Part shown: positions 1 through 10,051 of the stretch, one piece after another
How the letters are laid out: every line of letters begins with the position of its first letter
Position numbering within the stretch: the first letter of the stretch is position 1
From: an uncultured delta proteobacterium
GTDB taxonomy: Bacteria > Desulfobacterota > Binatia > Binatales > Binataceae
Direction of reading: 5' to 3'
Assembly: GCA_963724765.1 (NCBI GenBank)
Contig: CAVRVY010000003.1
Location: 1,184,001 to 1,248,000 of the forward strand
Length of the DNA: 64,000 nt
Translations under genes and position numbers: made by a program
The notes under the pieces: model-generated
Databases searched by the model: none
The model's input: the letters and a program-made list of their open reading frames with translations, nothing else
Told to the model about the DNA's origin: nothing

Positions 1-1
1 C

Positions 2-547
2 TATCTCTCCGCCATCGAGGATCCGCGCCATCCGCTATTCCAGAAGATGTTCGGTGCGGTGGTCGACCTCACCAATCACGAATGCAACAGCACCGTATGC
101 CATCGCATCACCTTCATGTACGGCCATCTCTACCGCCATCAGCGGCTCAACACCGCAACTCACGATCGGCTGAGCGAGCAATTCGGCGCGTGCAACATGA
201 CCGCCTTTCGCCATCTCGCGCAGATCGTCAAGCGCGGCACGGCGGCGAAGTTCGACTACGGCGCCACGGAGAACCTGCGCCGCTACGGCGTCGCCGAGCC
301 GCCGAGTTACGTGCGCCCCGAGCACCTGCGCATCCCGATCACGTTCGTCTCCGGTGAGCTCAATCAGTGCTACCTGCCGGTATCCACCGAGCGGACTTTC
401 CAGTGGCTGCAAAGCGTCAACGACCCCAAGCTCTATCGCCGCCACGTCACACCGGGCTACGGCCATATCGACAACTTCATGGGCGTGACGGCCAATCGCG
501 ATTGCTACGCGCTGTTCCTGGAGCAGCTCGAGGCTTGTCCCGCGTAG
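2..547 (+). CDS. Alpha/beta hydrolase, C-terminal part (5' truncated by window)
   Basis: Frame open from base 2; lipase-like C-terminal pattern PITFVSGELN...GYGHID. Confidence 0.7.
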   Translation, partial: YLSAIEDPRHPLFQKMFGAVVDLTNHECNSTVCHRITFMYGHLYRHQRLNTATHDRLSEQFGACNMTAFRHLAQIVKRGTAAKFDYGATENLRRYGVAEPPSYVRPEHLRIPITFVSGELNQCYLPVSTERTFQWLQSVNDPKLYRRHVTPGYGHIDNFMGVTANRDCYALFLEQLEACPA

Positions 548-553
548 CGCCAC

Positions 554-1798
554 TCATTTGATACGGCGCGTGGGCGCGGCGCGCTCCGCATGGGCGAGCC
601 CGCGCGTGACCGCCTCTTCGCCGAAGCGCTCGGCAACCTTGTCGAGCGCGCGGTTGAGCCGGTCGCGGCGCGCGTCGTGCGCAGGGGCCGCGCCGAACAG
701 TGCCAGTTGCGCTGCCGCGGCCTCGGCGTCGCGCACCAGGTTATGCACCTGCACGCCGGCCAGACGCACCGGCTCGCGTTCGCGCACGCGCCCGAGCAGC
801 GCCCGCGCGACGCGCGATAGTTCAGCGCCGTCGTCGGTCGGGGCCTCGAGCGACTGGCTGCGCGTTATGATCGGATAGCGGCCCTGCCCAAGCGGCCGCG
901 CGAGTTTGAGCTTGAGCGTCACCGTGCGCGCGCGCACGCGATCGGCGCGCAGGCGCCGCCCGAGCGCGTCGGAATGCGCGATCAACACGCGCGCGAGCTC
1001 CAGCGAGTCGAGCGCGAGATCATGCTCGAACGTGCTCTCTTCGCCGTAGGACTTGCGCTCGTAGTCGCCGACGACGGGGCGCGGGTCGCGCCCCAGCGCG
1101 AGTTCGTGCAGATGCGGCCCCATCGCGCCGAACATCGCGTGCAGGTGCGCGACGTCGGCGCGCGCGAGGTCGCCGACCGTCGCGATTCCCACCTGATGCA
1201 TCTGCGCGAGCGTCACTCGCCCGACGCCCCATAGCCGTTCGACCGGCAGCGGCGTGAGAAAATCCACCAGCCCGTCCGGCTCGATCATCCGCAGGCCATC
1301 GGGCTTGGAGAGGTCGCTTAAAATTTTCGCCGCCATCTTGGTCGGTGCGATTCCGACCGACACCACGAGGCCGGTCGCCTCGCGCACGCGACGCTTGAGC
1401 GCGCGCCCGGCCTCGATCGGCGAGGCGAACAGGCGATGCGTTCCGGTGAGATCGAGAAAGGCTTCATCGAGCGAGAGCGGCTCGACTATTGGGCTGAACT
1501 CGTCGAAGGCCGCGCGCACCGCGCGTGAGACTTCCACGTAACGCGCCATCCGCCCCGGCACGAAGATGCCCTCGGGACAAAGCTGATGCGCTTCGTGCGC
1601 GGGCATCGCCGAGCGCACGCCGAAGCGGCGCGCCTCGTAGGAGGCCGAGGTCACCACGCCCCGGCGGCTGCGTCCGCCGACGATCACCGGCAGGCCGCGC
1701 AGCGCAGGATTGTCGAGTTGCTCGACCGAGGCGTAAAAGGCGTCCATGTCCGCGTGCGCGACGACGCGCGGCCACGCAGTTGCGCCGTCGGGAGTCAT
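554..1798 (-). CDS. dinB: DNA polymerase IV
   Basis: HADMDAFYASVEQ, SYEARRFGVRSAMP, SLDEAFLD motifs; ATG overlaps the hemG stop (TGATG). Confidence 0.95.
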   Translation of the reverse strand: MTPDGATAWPRVVAHADMDAFYASVEQLDNPALRGLPVIVGGRSRRGVVTSASYEARRFGVRSAMPAHEAHQLCPEGIFVPGRMARYVEVSRAVRAAFDEFSPIVEPLSLDEAFLDLTGTHRLFASPIEAGRALKRRVREATGLVVSVGIAPTKMAAKILSDLSKPDGLRMIEPDGLVDFLTPLPVERLWGVGRVTLAQMHQVGIATVGDLARADVAHLHAMFGAMGPHLHELALGRDPRPVVGDYERKSYGEESTFEHDLALDSLELARVLIAHSDALGRRLRADRVRARTVTLKLKLARPLGQGRYPIITRSQSLEAPTDDGAELSRVARALLGRVREREPVRLAGVQVHNLVRDAEAAAAQLALFGAAPAHDARRDRLNRALDKVAERFGEEAVTRGLAHAERAAPTRRIK

Positions 1799-3324
1799 CA
1801 CGATGCTCCGGGCGTCGCTGCGGGCGTCGCCGCGCGCGCCGCTCCCAGCTCGGCCCGAAGTTCGGAAAAGACCACCTCGGCCGCGCGCTCGCCGCCGAGC
1901 ACGCAGTCGGGAATTCCTACGCCGCGGAGCGCCGCGCCGGCAAGCTCGAGCGCCGGCAGCGCGGCCGCCGCGCGCTCGATTTCGGCCACGCGGCCATGAT
2001 GTCCCACCGCGTACTGCGGCATCGAATCGGGCCATCGGTTGACCTGCGACCATAGCGGTGCGGCCGCTGCGCCGAGCAGCCCACGGAACTCCTCGCGCAC
2101 GACTTCGATCATCGCGGCGTCGTCGAGCGCCATCAATTCGCGCTGCATCGCGCCACCGACGAACGCCCGCACCAGGATCGTTCCGGCTGGCGCACGGCCG
2201 GCGAACTTCAGGTTGGTGAAGCTGCCGGCGATAATCTTGCGCTGCTCGATCGCAGGCACCACGAAGCCGAAACTTCGCGGCGCGCGCGGAAAGTCGTCTT
2301 CGCGATACGCGAGATTGACCACCGCCGCCGACGCATAGCCGATTGTCCCGAGCGCGCGCGCAAGTGACGGCGAATGCGGATCGAACAGCGGCGCCGCGCG
2401 AAAAGCCGGCAACGCGCAAATCACCGCGTCGGCTTCCAGAGCGGAGCCGTCAGCCATCACGACGCGCCATCGTGGCTTGCGATCCGCGGCGTCGCCGCCG
2501 ACACGCTCGAGCGCCACCACCTCCGCGTTGCGGCGCACGGTCTCGCCGAGCTTTTGCGCTAGCGCGTCGACCATCGTGCCGATTCCGCCGCAGAGGCTCG
2601 CGAACAGGCTCCATCGCGCGCCGCTGGTGCCGCCTGATGTGCCGGACTTGTCGGGCTTACCGGATTTGCCGTCTTGCATGCGCGCTGCGGCCCGTAGTCC
2701 GCGAATCACGCTGCCATAGCGCGCCTCCATATCGGCAAAGCGCGGCAGCGCGGCGTGCAGGCTGAGCCGCTCGGGGTCGGCGGTGTAAATTCCGCCGGCG
2801 AGCGGTTGTGCGATGCGGTCGAGCATCTCGCGGCCGAACCGGCGGGTCACGAACGACGCCAGGCTTTCGTCACGAGGACCGCGGCGGCGCGGAATCAGCG
2901 GTTCGATCATCACGCGGAGCTTGCCGAGCGGAGAAAGCAACGGACTGCGCAGCATCGGCAGCATCCGCGTGGGTGCGAGCAGCGAGAAGCCCTCGGGAAT
3001 TTCGACCAGCGTTCCATTACGCACGACATAGGTCCGGCGGAACTCCGCGCGAGTGCCGATTAGCTCGCCTTCGAGGCCGAGACGGCGCACAAGATCTAGC
3101 GCCCAGGGCTTTTCGGTGAGGAACGAATCGGCGCCCGCCTCGGCGATGAATCCCTGCTCGCGAATCGTGCAGAGCGCTCCACCAAGGCGCGGGCCGCGCT
3201 CCAGCAGCGTCACTACGAGTGGAGTCTCATGCTTCGCCGACAGCTCCAGGAGCCGGAATGCGGCACTGAGCCCGCTGATTCCGCCGCCCAGAATTGCGAT
3301 TTGCGGTGCGCCGCTATCAGCCAT
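1798..3324 (-). CDS. hemG: Protoporphyrinogen/coproporphyrinogen oxidase (HemY type)
   Basis: IAILGGGISGLSAA FAD motif, EAGADSF, MPQYAVGH, GVGIPDC; position in hem operon. Confidence 0.93.
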   Translation of the reverse strand: MADSGAPQIAILGGGISGLSAAFRLLELSAKHETPLVVTLLERGPRLGGALCTIREQGFIAEAGADSFLTEKPWALDLVRRLGLEGELIGTRAEFRRTYVVRNGTLVEIPEGFSLLAPTRMLPMLRSPLLSPLGKLRVMIEPLIPRRRGPRDESLASFVTRRFGREMLDRIAQPLAGGIYTADPERLSLHAALPRFADMEARYGSVIRGLRAAARMQDGKSGKPDKSGTSGGTSGARWSLFASLCGGIGTMVDALAQKLGETVRRNAEVVALERVGGDAADRKPRWRVVMADGSALEADAVICALPAFRAAPLFDPHSPSLARALGTIGYASAAVVNLAYREDDFPRAPRSFGFVVPAIEQRKIIAGSFTNLKFAGRAPAGTILVRAFVGGAMQRELMALDDAAMIEVVREEFRGLLGAAAAPLWSQVNRWPDSMPQYAVGHHGRVAEIERAAAALPALELAGAALRGVGIPDCVLGGERAAEVVFSELRAELGAARAATPAATPGAS

Positions 3325-3350
3325 CGCGCCTGCTCGCGGCCATCTCCGGG

Positions 3351-4289
3351 TCAGGCGAGCAATCGCTCGCGCAATCCCTCCCGGATGAGCGTCGCGATCA
3401 TCTCGATGAACCGCGGATGCTCGCCGACGGTCGCCGCACGCACCATCGTCACGTCCGCCTCGCGTGCCACGCGCGCCGCCTCGACGTCGAGGTCGTAGAG
3501 CACCTCGACGTGGTCGCAGATAAAGCCGATTGGCGTTACCACTGCCGGCTGTCCGTTGAGGCCGCGCAGCACGTCGCAGACATCGGGCTCCAGCCACGGA
3601 TCGCGCGGACTGCCGCTGCGGCTCTGGAAAGCGAGCGTCCATTCGCGCCGTTTAAGGCGCTCACTAACGAGCCGCGCCGATTCGCGCAATTGCTCGACGT
3701 AGGGGCTCGCCGCCGCCATCGCGGCCGGGATGCTATGCGCGGTGAAGATGAGTTGCGCGCGATCGCGCGCGGCAGGCTCAAGACGCGCGAGCGCGTCGGC
3801 GACGCGACCCGCCGCGGCCTCGATGAACAGCGGATGCGCGTGCCATTCGCCGAGGTAGTCGACCGCGGGCGCGGCGTGACCAAGACGTTCGCGCGCCTCA
3901 TCGACGTTGCGCAGGTAACGGTCCCAACTCGCCTCGCATCGATGGGCCGCGAGCACGAAGGCCAACGCGCGGCGCACCCCGCGTCGCCCAAGCTCGCCGA
4001 GCGCGTCCTCGAGCCAGGGCGGCGTATTGCGCATCCCGAGCACTACTGGGATGTTCACGCCTTCACGCGCAAGGCGCTCGCGCAGCGCGGCGGCCTGACG
4101 CTCCGTGATCTCGTTGAATGGCGAGCGCCCGCCGATCGCTTCGTAATGATGAACGACCTCCTCGTAGCGCTCGCGCGGAATCGGCCGCCCGGCGGTCACG
4201 CGGTCGAGGAACGGACGAATCTCCGCGGCGCTGCGTGGGCCTCCGAACCCGATCAGGATGACCGCGCCGTATTTTACGTCCGCGCTCAT
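3351..4289 (-). CDS. hemH: Ferrochelatase
   Basis: GGRSP, FTAHSIP, FQSRSG..WLEPD, PIGFICDHVEVLYDLD. Confidence 0.95.
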   Translation of the reverse strand: MSADVKYGAVILIGFGGPRSAAEIRPFLDRVTAGRPIPRERYEEVVHHYEAIGGRSPFNEITERQAAALRERLAREGVNIPVVLGMRNTPPWLEDALGELGRRGVRRALAFVLAAHRCEASWDRYLRNVDEARERLGHAAPAVDYLGEWHAHPLFIEAAAGRVADALARLEPAARDRAQLIFTAHSIPAAMAAASPYVEQLRESARLVSERLKRREWTLAFQSRSGSPRDPWLEPDVCDVLRGLNGQPAVVTPIGFICDHVEVLYDLDVEAARVAREADVTMVRAATVGEHPRFIEMIATLIREGLRERLLA

Positions 4290-4338
4290 CTCATTCGATT
4301 TCCGTCGGCGCGCGTCGCCCGCGTTTTCATCTCCACGC

Positions 4339-5409
4339 TCATTTTTGGCTCATCTCGTGCACCGCATCGACCAGCGCGCGCACGTGGTCGACCGGTGTCT
4401 CGGGCAGGATGCCGTGGCCGAGGTTGAATATGTGGCCGGGGCGGCCGATGGCCTGATCGAGAATCGCGCGGACGCGCCGGCGAATTTCGGGGATTCCGGC
4501 GAAGAGTGCGACCGGATCGAGGTTTCCCTGCACGCCGACGCCGTAACCGAGGCGCGACCACGCCTTGCCAAGGTCGACGCGCCAGTCAAGTCCGATAACG
4601 TCGCCGCCCGCCTCGCGCATCAGTTCCAGCAGATTGCCAGTCGCGGTGCCGAAATGAATCATCGGCACGCGTGGGCTCAGCGCCGAGATCACGGCGGCGC
4701 TGTGCGGCAGGACGAAGCTGCGATAGTCGTCCGGCCCGAGGATACCGACCCAACTGTCGAAGAGCTGCACAAGGTCGGCGCCGGCCGCGATTTGCATGTT
4801 GAGATAATCCGCGGTCGCGCGCGCCAGCGTTTCCATCAGGCGATGCCACGTCGCGGGCTCGGTGTACATCATGGTCTTGGTCGCCTGGTACTGGCGCGAG
4901 CCGCCGCCTTCGATGAGATATGACGCGAGCGTAAAGGGCGCGCCGGCGAATCCGATGAGCGGAGTGCGACCGCCAAGCGCGCGGCGCGTCAACTTAATCG
5001 CGTCACCGACGAAGCCAAGCGCGCCGGCAGCGTCAATTGACGTAATGCGTTCGAGGTCGGCCGCCGCGCGTACCGGCCGCTCGATAATCGGACCGCCCTC
5101 CTTCTCGTAATGTAACCCGACTTCCATCGGGATGAGCGGCAGCAGAATGTCGGCGAAGATGATCGCAGCGTCGACGCCCAGGCGCTCGACCGCGGTGACC
5201 GTGACCTCGGCGGCGATTTCGGGCCGCGTGCACATCTCGAGAAAATCGTGCTGTGCGCGCACGCGGCGATACTCGGGCATGTAGCGCCCCGCCTGGCGCA
5301 TCAGCCACACCGGCGTATAGGGGGCGGGCTTAAGCCGGCACGCGAGCATCATCGGATGGTCGCGAAACGGGCTGGTGCCGCGAGCGTCGGATTCAGCTTG
5401 ACGGATCAT
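4339..5409 (-). CDS. hemE: Uroporphyrinogen decarboxylase
   Basis: PVWLMRQAGRYMPEY, GFAGAPFTLASY, HIFNLGHG. Confidence 0.97.
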   Translation of the reverse strand: MIRQAESDARGTSPFRDHPMMLACRLKPAPYTPVWLMRQAGRYMPEYRRVRAQHDFLEMCTRPEIAAEVTVTAVERLGVDAAIIFADILLPLIPMEVGLHYEKEGGPIIERPVRAAADLERITSIDAAGALGFVGDAIKLTRRALGGRTPLIGFAGAPFTLASYLIEGGGSRQYQATKTMMYTEPATWHRLMETLARATADYLNMQIAAGADLVQLFDSWVGILGPDDYRSFVLPHSAAVISALSPRVPMIHFGTATGNLLELMREAGGDVIGLDWRVDLGKAWSRLGYGVGVQGNLDPVALFAGIPEIRRRVRAILDQAIGRPGHIFNLGHGILPETPVDHVRALVDAVHEMSQK

Positions 5410-5630
5410 TACTTAGCGGTGATGCACGCTCGGCGAATCGCCACCCGTTATTTTGCAAGCATTATTTTGCACGCGATTATCTCGCACGCGATATCTTGGC
5501 GCGTCGCGCTCGGCCAAGTCCACGGGGGGCCCTGGGCCTCTCTCACATGGAGAATCGCGCTGGCCCTGCGCTCCGTTTTACGCCTCCCCGCGAGCTGTGT
5601 TAGCAGTGGCGTCAGAGGTATGGCGCTTCG

Positions 5631-6401
5631 ATGAACCAGCCATTGGTCGCGATCAGCAAGGAAAATGGAGTCGCAACGGTCACGCTCAACCGTCCCGAAA
5701 AGCTCAACGCGCTCAACCGCGAGATGCGCAGGCTCTTCTGCAGCGCGATGCAGGAGCTCGGCGCCGACCCCGCCGTCGCCGTGGTCATAATTACCGGCGC
5801 AGGGCGCGCATTTTCGGCCGGGCTCGACCTCAATGAGCTGGGCGCCGAGGGCCTCCGCGAGGCCGGTGGCGTGACCTTCATCTCGGTGGTCGAGCGGATG
5901 GAAGCGCCGGTCATCGCGGCGGTCAACGGCTTCGCGGTCACCGGCGGCTTCGAACTGGCGCTCGCCTGCGACATCATTATCGCGGCCGAGACCGCGCAGT
6001 TCGCCGACACGCACGCGCGGGTGGGCGTGATGCCGGGCGGCGGCATGTCGGCGCGGCTGCCGCGCGCCGTCGGCGTGCGCAAGGCCAAGGAACTTTCGCT
6101 GACCGGGAATTATTTGAATGCCCGGGATGCGGAACGGCTGGGGCTGGTCAACCGCGTGGTGCAGGCGGATCAACTGATGGCAGCGGCGGGCGAGCTGGCG
6201 CGCCAGATAGTGGGCGCCGACCAGCGCGTGGTGCGCCAGATGAAAAGGCTGATCAACCTGGCGACCGAGGCGCCGCTCGGCGACGGACTGCGCATCGAGC
6301 AGGACTTCTTCAACGCCTTCAACCAGAGCGGCAAGTTCAAGGCCGTGGACAAGCGTCGAGCGGCCGTGGTCGAGCGCGGACGCTCGCAGGCGCGCAGCTG
6401 A
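5631..6401 (+). CDS. Enoyl-CoA hydratase/isomerase family protein
   Basis: LNRPEKLNAL, FSAGLDL, GGFELALACD. Confidence 0.92.
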   Translation: MNQPLVAISKENGVATVTLNRPEKLNALNREMRRLFCSAMQELGADPAVAVVIITGAGRAFSAGLDLNELGAEGLREAGGVTFISVVERMEAPVIAAVNGFAVTGGFELALACDIIIAAETAQFADTHARVGVMPGGGMSARLPRAVGVRKAKELSLTGNYLNARDAERLGLVNRVVQADQLMAAAGELARQIVGADQRVVRQMKRLINLATEAPLGDGLRIEQDFFNAFNQSGKFKAVDKRRAAVVERGRSQARS

Positions 6402-6422
6402 GAGACACGCAGAGGAGATACG

Positions 6423-7280
6423 ATGCACCGGCGGCTTTCAATTCTGGCGGTTATTTTCCCGGTCCTGATGGCGTTCGCAGCCTCGGGAGCTATCGCGGCG
6501 GGTGAGAGCGACGCGGCGGCCGAAGCCGGCGCGCCCTCGCAGGGCGAGATTCCCGCGGCGCAGATTCCCAAGGCGATCACGGACGCCATCAACTCGCCCG
6601 ACCGTCCGGCGGCTGACAAGCAACTGGACGCGGGGCGCCATCCCGATCAGATACTGGCGTTCTTCGGAATCGCGCCCGGGATGCACGTCGCGGATTTGTG
6701 GGCGGGCGGCGGTTATACGACCGAGTTGCTGGCGCGGACGGTGGGGCCGAGCGGCAAGGTCTACTCGCAAAACGGCCCGTTCCCGCCGGCGTTCAAGAAA
6801 GGCGAGGAGGCATGGAAGGCGCGCCTCAAAGAGCCCGGGATGAGCAACGTGGTCGAGCTGGAAAAGTCCTTCGACCATCCTGACGACATTCTGCCGGTTC
6901 CGCCCGAGTCGCTCGACGCGGTAATCATCGACATGAACTACCACGACATGGTCGGGCGCGGGTACGACCGCACCAGGGTCAACGCAGTCGTCTTCAAGGC
7001 GCTCAAGCCGGGCGGCGTTTACGGCGTGATCGACAACAGCGCCGCGCCCGGCTCGGGCGCGCGCGACGCCAAGACCCTGCATCGTATCGACGAGGCCTTC
7101 GAGATCAAGGAGATAAAGCAGGCCGGCTTCAAGCTGGCGGCGGTTTCCAGCGTGCTGCGCAATCCCAAGGACGATCGCACCTGGTTCGTCATGAAGCATC
7201 GCGGCGAACAGGACCGCTTCGTGCTGAAATTCGTCAAGCCGACGGGCGCCGGCGGCATAGGCGCGGGACTGTCGCACTGA
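6423..7280 (+). CDS. Exported class I SAM-dependent methyltransferase-like protein
   Basis: Signal peptide; VADLWAGGGYTT, YHD, LKPGG, LHRID. Confidence 0.8.
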   Translation: MHRRLSILAVIFPVLMAFAASGAIAAGESDAAAEAGAPSQGEIPAAQIPKAITDAINSPDRPAADKQLDAGRHPDQILAFFGIAPGMHVADLWAGGGYTTELLARTVGPSGKVYSQNGPFPPAFKKGEEAWKARLKEPGMSNVVELEKSFDHPDDILPVPPESLDAVIIDMNYHDMVGRGYDRTRVNAVVFKALKPGGVYGVIDNSAAPGSGARDAKTLHRIDEAFEIKEIKQAGFKLAAVSSVLRNPKDDRTWFVMKHRGEQDRFVLKFVKPTGAGGIGAGLSH

Positions 7281-7335
7281 TCGCCGGGGGAGACTTATCC
7301 AGCGCAACGCGATATATGAAAGGTGAGGTCACATT

Positions 7336-8433
7336 ATGAGAACTGGCTACATGCTGCTGTTCCAGAATGCCCATGAGGGGATGTCGGACTCCGAGATGGT
7401 GCGCCACGAAATGCGGATCGCGGAACTGGCCGAGCCCTTGGGCTTCGACACCATCTGGAGCGCCGAGCATCACTTCGACGCCTACTCGATGCTGCCCGAC
7501 AACTTCCAGGTGCTCACCTACCTGGCCGGACGCACCAGCAAAATCCATCTTGGCACCGCCGCGGTGATCCTGCCGTGGAACAATCCCCTGCGGGTGGCCG
7601 AGAAGGTGGCCATGCTCGACGCGCTATCCGACGGACGGTTCATCCTGGGGCTGGGCCGCGGTCTGGCGCGGATGGAGTACCGGACCTTCGGCATCGACAT
7701 GAATGAGTCGCGCGACCGCTTCAACGAAGCGGCTAAAATGATCCTGGAGGCGTTGCGCACGGGCTACATGGAAGGCAACGGGCCTTACTACAAACAGGCG
7801 CGCGCCGAGATCAGGCCGCGTCCCGAGCGCTCCTTCAAGGACCGCCTGTATGGCGTCGCGATGTCGCCGGATACCGCGCCGGTGGTTGGCGAGCTGGGCG
7901 GCCGGATGATGTTTTTCATCCAGTTCTCGCTCGATCAGCATCTGCCCGGCGTGGAACTCTACCGCGAGAGCTTCCGCAAGCATCAGCACCGGGCTGCGCC
8001 GCCGCCGCTCGCGATCGACTTCACCTTCTGCGATCGCGACGCCGGCCGCGCCGAAGAGATGACGCTGCGCTACGCCGCGGGCTACTACCTCTCGGTGATC
8101 AAGCACTACGAGTTCAACGACGACTATCACGCCAAGCTCAAGGGCTACGAGAATTACGCCAACGCAGCTCAGGTCCTGCGCGAGACGGGTCTGGATAAGG
8201 CGGCAGAGACTTACGCCAGCCAGCAGGCGTTCGGCACGCCGCAGCAGATCCTGGACAAGCTCGAGCAGCGCCGGAGCAAGCTCGGCGATTTCGAATGGAA
8301 CATTTGCACCAGCTTTTCCGGGATGCCCTTCAAGGATGTCGAATCGAGCACGCGGCTGATTGCCATGGAGGTCCTGCCCGAGGTCAAAACCTGGGGCGAA
8401 GATAGCTTCGAGCCGCTTCGCGCGTCGGCGTAA
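7336..8433 (+). CDS. LLM class flavin-dependent oxidoreductase
   Basis: WSAEHHF, PLRVAEKVAMLDALSDGR, LGLGRG. Confidence 0.92.
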   Translation: MRTGYMLLFQNAHEGMSDSEMVRHEMRIAELAEPLGFDTIWSAEHHFDAYSMLPDNFQVLTYLAGRTSKIHLGTAAVILPWNNPLRVAEKVAMLDALSDGRFILGLGRGLARMEYRTFGIDMNESRDRFNEAAKMILEALRTGYMEGNGPYYKQARAEIRPRPERSFKDRLYGVAMSPDTAPVVGELGGRMMFFIQFSLDQHLPGVELYRESFRKHQHRAAPPPLAIDFTFCDRDAGRAEEMTLRYAAGYYLSVIKHYEFNDDYHAKLKGYENYANAAQVLRETGLDKAAETYASQQAFGTPQQILDKLEQRRSKLGDFEWNICTSFSGMPFKDVESSTRLIAMEVLPEVKTWGEDSFEPLRASA

Positions 8434-8474
8434 CGCGAGATCACACAAGCGAGATCACGCGAGATCGAGAATCG

Positions 8475-8518
8475 CGAAAGCCCGCGACAGCCCAAGCTGT
8501 CCGGGCTTTCGCTTTTTC
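8475..8518 (+). terminator. Rho-independent terminator
   Basis: GCGAAAGCCCG...CGGGCTTTCGC stem followed by T tract downstream of the LLM gene. Confidence 0.7.
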
Positions 8519-8520
8519 AG

Positions 8521-8560
8521 TTTTCCGCCTCTTCGCTCACGATGACCGAAGAGGCGAAAA
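8521..8560 (-). terminator. Rho-independent terminator
   Basis: TTTTCCGCCTCTTCG...CGAAGAGGCGAAAA inverted repeat just past the DUF2141 gene end. Confidence 0.6.
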
Positions 8561-8562
8561 CG

Positions 8563-9024
8563 CTAGTACCTCATCGCGACCGTCAGCCACTGGTCGCCGC
8601 CCGCTTAATCGAACGCCGCGGCCTTAAAGGACGGCGGAGAAAACACCGGCTTGACGTTGTTCGAGAACGCGTAGCCCTCCTTGGGTAGCCCGAGCCAGCT
8701 GCGGTCGAACTTGCCGTTGCTGTTCTCGTCGTGAAAGACCACCAATGCGTATTTGCCCGGCGCGATTCCGCCAAAGTCGCATACCGCGGTCTTGTCGTTG
8801 ATTGGCACGTTGTTTTGCCCGACGGCCTTGCTCGAGTCGGAGGGAAAAGCATCGGGCGAATTGAACAGCGTGCAAATCACTTGGCCGGTCGAATTGCGCA
8901 GGCTAACCACGCGCACATGCAAGGCCGCGGCGGCGGCGGGCGTGGCTTGCGCGATCAGCGCGGTCGCGGGGGGCACGGCCACCGTAACAAGTAGCATCAG
9001 GATGCTGGCCAAGGTTCTGACCAA
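8563..9024 (-). CDS. DUF2141 family exported protein, with in-frame TAA at 8605-8607
   Basis: PGKYALVVFHDENSNGKFD, GLPKEGYAFSNN, PPSF; frame continues after TAA as AGGDQWLTVAMRY*. Confidence 0.8.
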
Positions 9025-9028
9025 GGTG

Positions 9029-9955
9029 TCAGGCGGCGGCGAGGATCTCTTTGGCGCGTTTCAGATCCTCGGCGATCTGCGCGGCCAGCGCCTGGCCCGA
9101 TTCGAACTTGCGCTCGCTGCGAATCCGCTCGACGATCTCAAGCCGCACTTTCGCGCCGTAAATGTCGCGGTCGAAATCGAAGATATGCGCCTCGATCGTG
9201 CGGGCCGGCTCCGCGAATGTCGGACGCATCCCGATATTGGTTATCGAGGCGAACGCGCCGTCGGGCAGCACCATGCGGGTCGCGTAAACGCCGTCGGGCG
9301 GCAGACATTCGGTTAAGGAGTCGAGATTGGCGGTGGGAAAGCCAATCGCGCGCCCGCGCTCGCGTCCGTGGACGACCGTGCCGCTCAGAAAATGGTCGCG
9401 GCCGAGCAGCCGCGCGACCGCGCGCATCTCGCCCGCCGCGATCAGTTCGCGCATCCGCGTCGAGCTGACCACCGCGCCATCGACCGTCACCGGCCCTACC
9501 ACGATGGTCTCGAAACCCATCCGCCGCCCCAGTTCGGCCATCACCTCGGCGTTGCCGGCGCGCGCGTGACCGAAACTCACGCTATGGCCCACCACCACGC
9601 CGCGTGCGCCGATTCTGTCGAGCAGGTAGGTGCGCACGAATTCGGCGGGCGTGAGCTGGCTGAGCGCAGTGGTGAAGGCGATCACGATAACGCCGTCGAT
9701 TCCGGAGGCGCGCAGCAGCTCGAGTTTGTCCTCGGGCGCCAGGATGAGCCGCGGCGCACGCGCGGGTGCGAGCACCTTGGCCGGCAGCGGATCGAAAGTC
9801 AGGGCGAAGGCGGTGCCGGAGGCCGCACGCGCGCGATCGATGGCGGCCTTCAAGATCGCGCGATGGCCGAGGTGGACGCCGTCGAAGTTGCCGAGCGCCA
9901 CCACCGGGTGAGGATGCTGCGGAAGCTTGTCTATATCGCGAATTATTTCCATCAC
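9029..9955 (-). CDS. ribF: Bifunctional riboflavin kinase/FAD synthetase
   Basis: GNFDGVHLGH, SSTRMR, GRAIGFPTAN, NIGMRPTF. Confidence 0.96.
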   Translation of the reverse strand: MMEIIRDIDKLPQHPHPVVALGNFDGVHLGHRAILKAAIDRARAASGTAFALTFDPLPAKVLAPARAPRLILAPEDKLELLRASGIDGVIVIAFTTALSQLTPAEFVRTYLLDRIGARGVVVGHSVSFGHARAGNAEVMAELGRRMGFETIVVGPVTVDGAVVSSTRMRELIAAGEMRAVARLLGRDHFLSGTVVHGRERGRAIGFPTANLDSLTECLPPDGVYATRMVLPDGAFASITNIGMRPTFAEPARTIEAHIFDFDRDIYGAKVRLEIVERIRSERKFESGQALAAQIAEDLKRAKEILAAA

Positions 9956-10051
9956 TCAACGCGCGTCGCGTATTTGCGGGCCGCGGCAAGGCGCGCCGTC
10001 ATCCTTCGGAAACGGATGAATGTGCGCCGCGCTGACGCGATCAGCTCGCGG

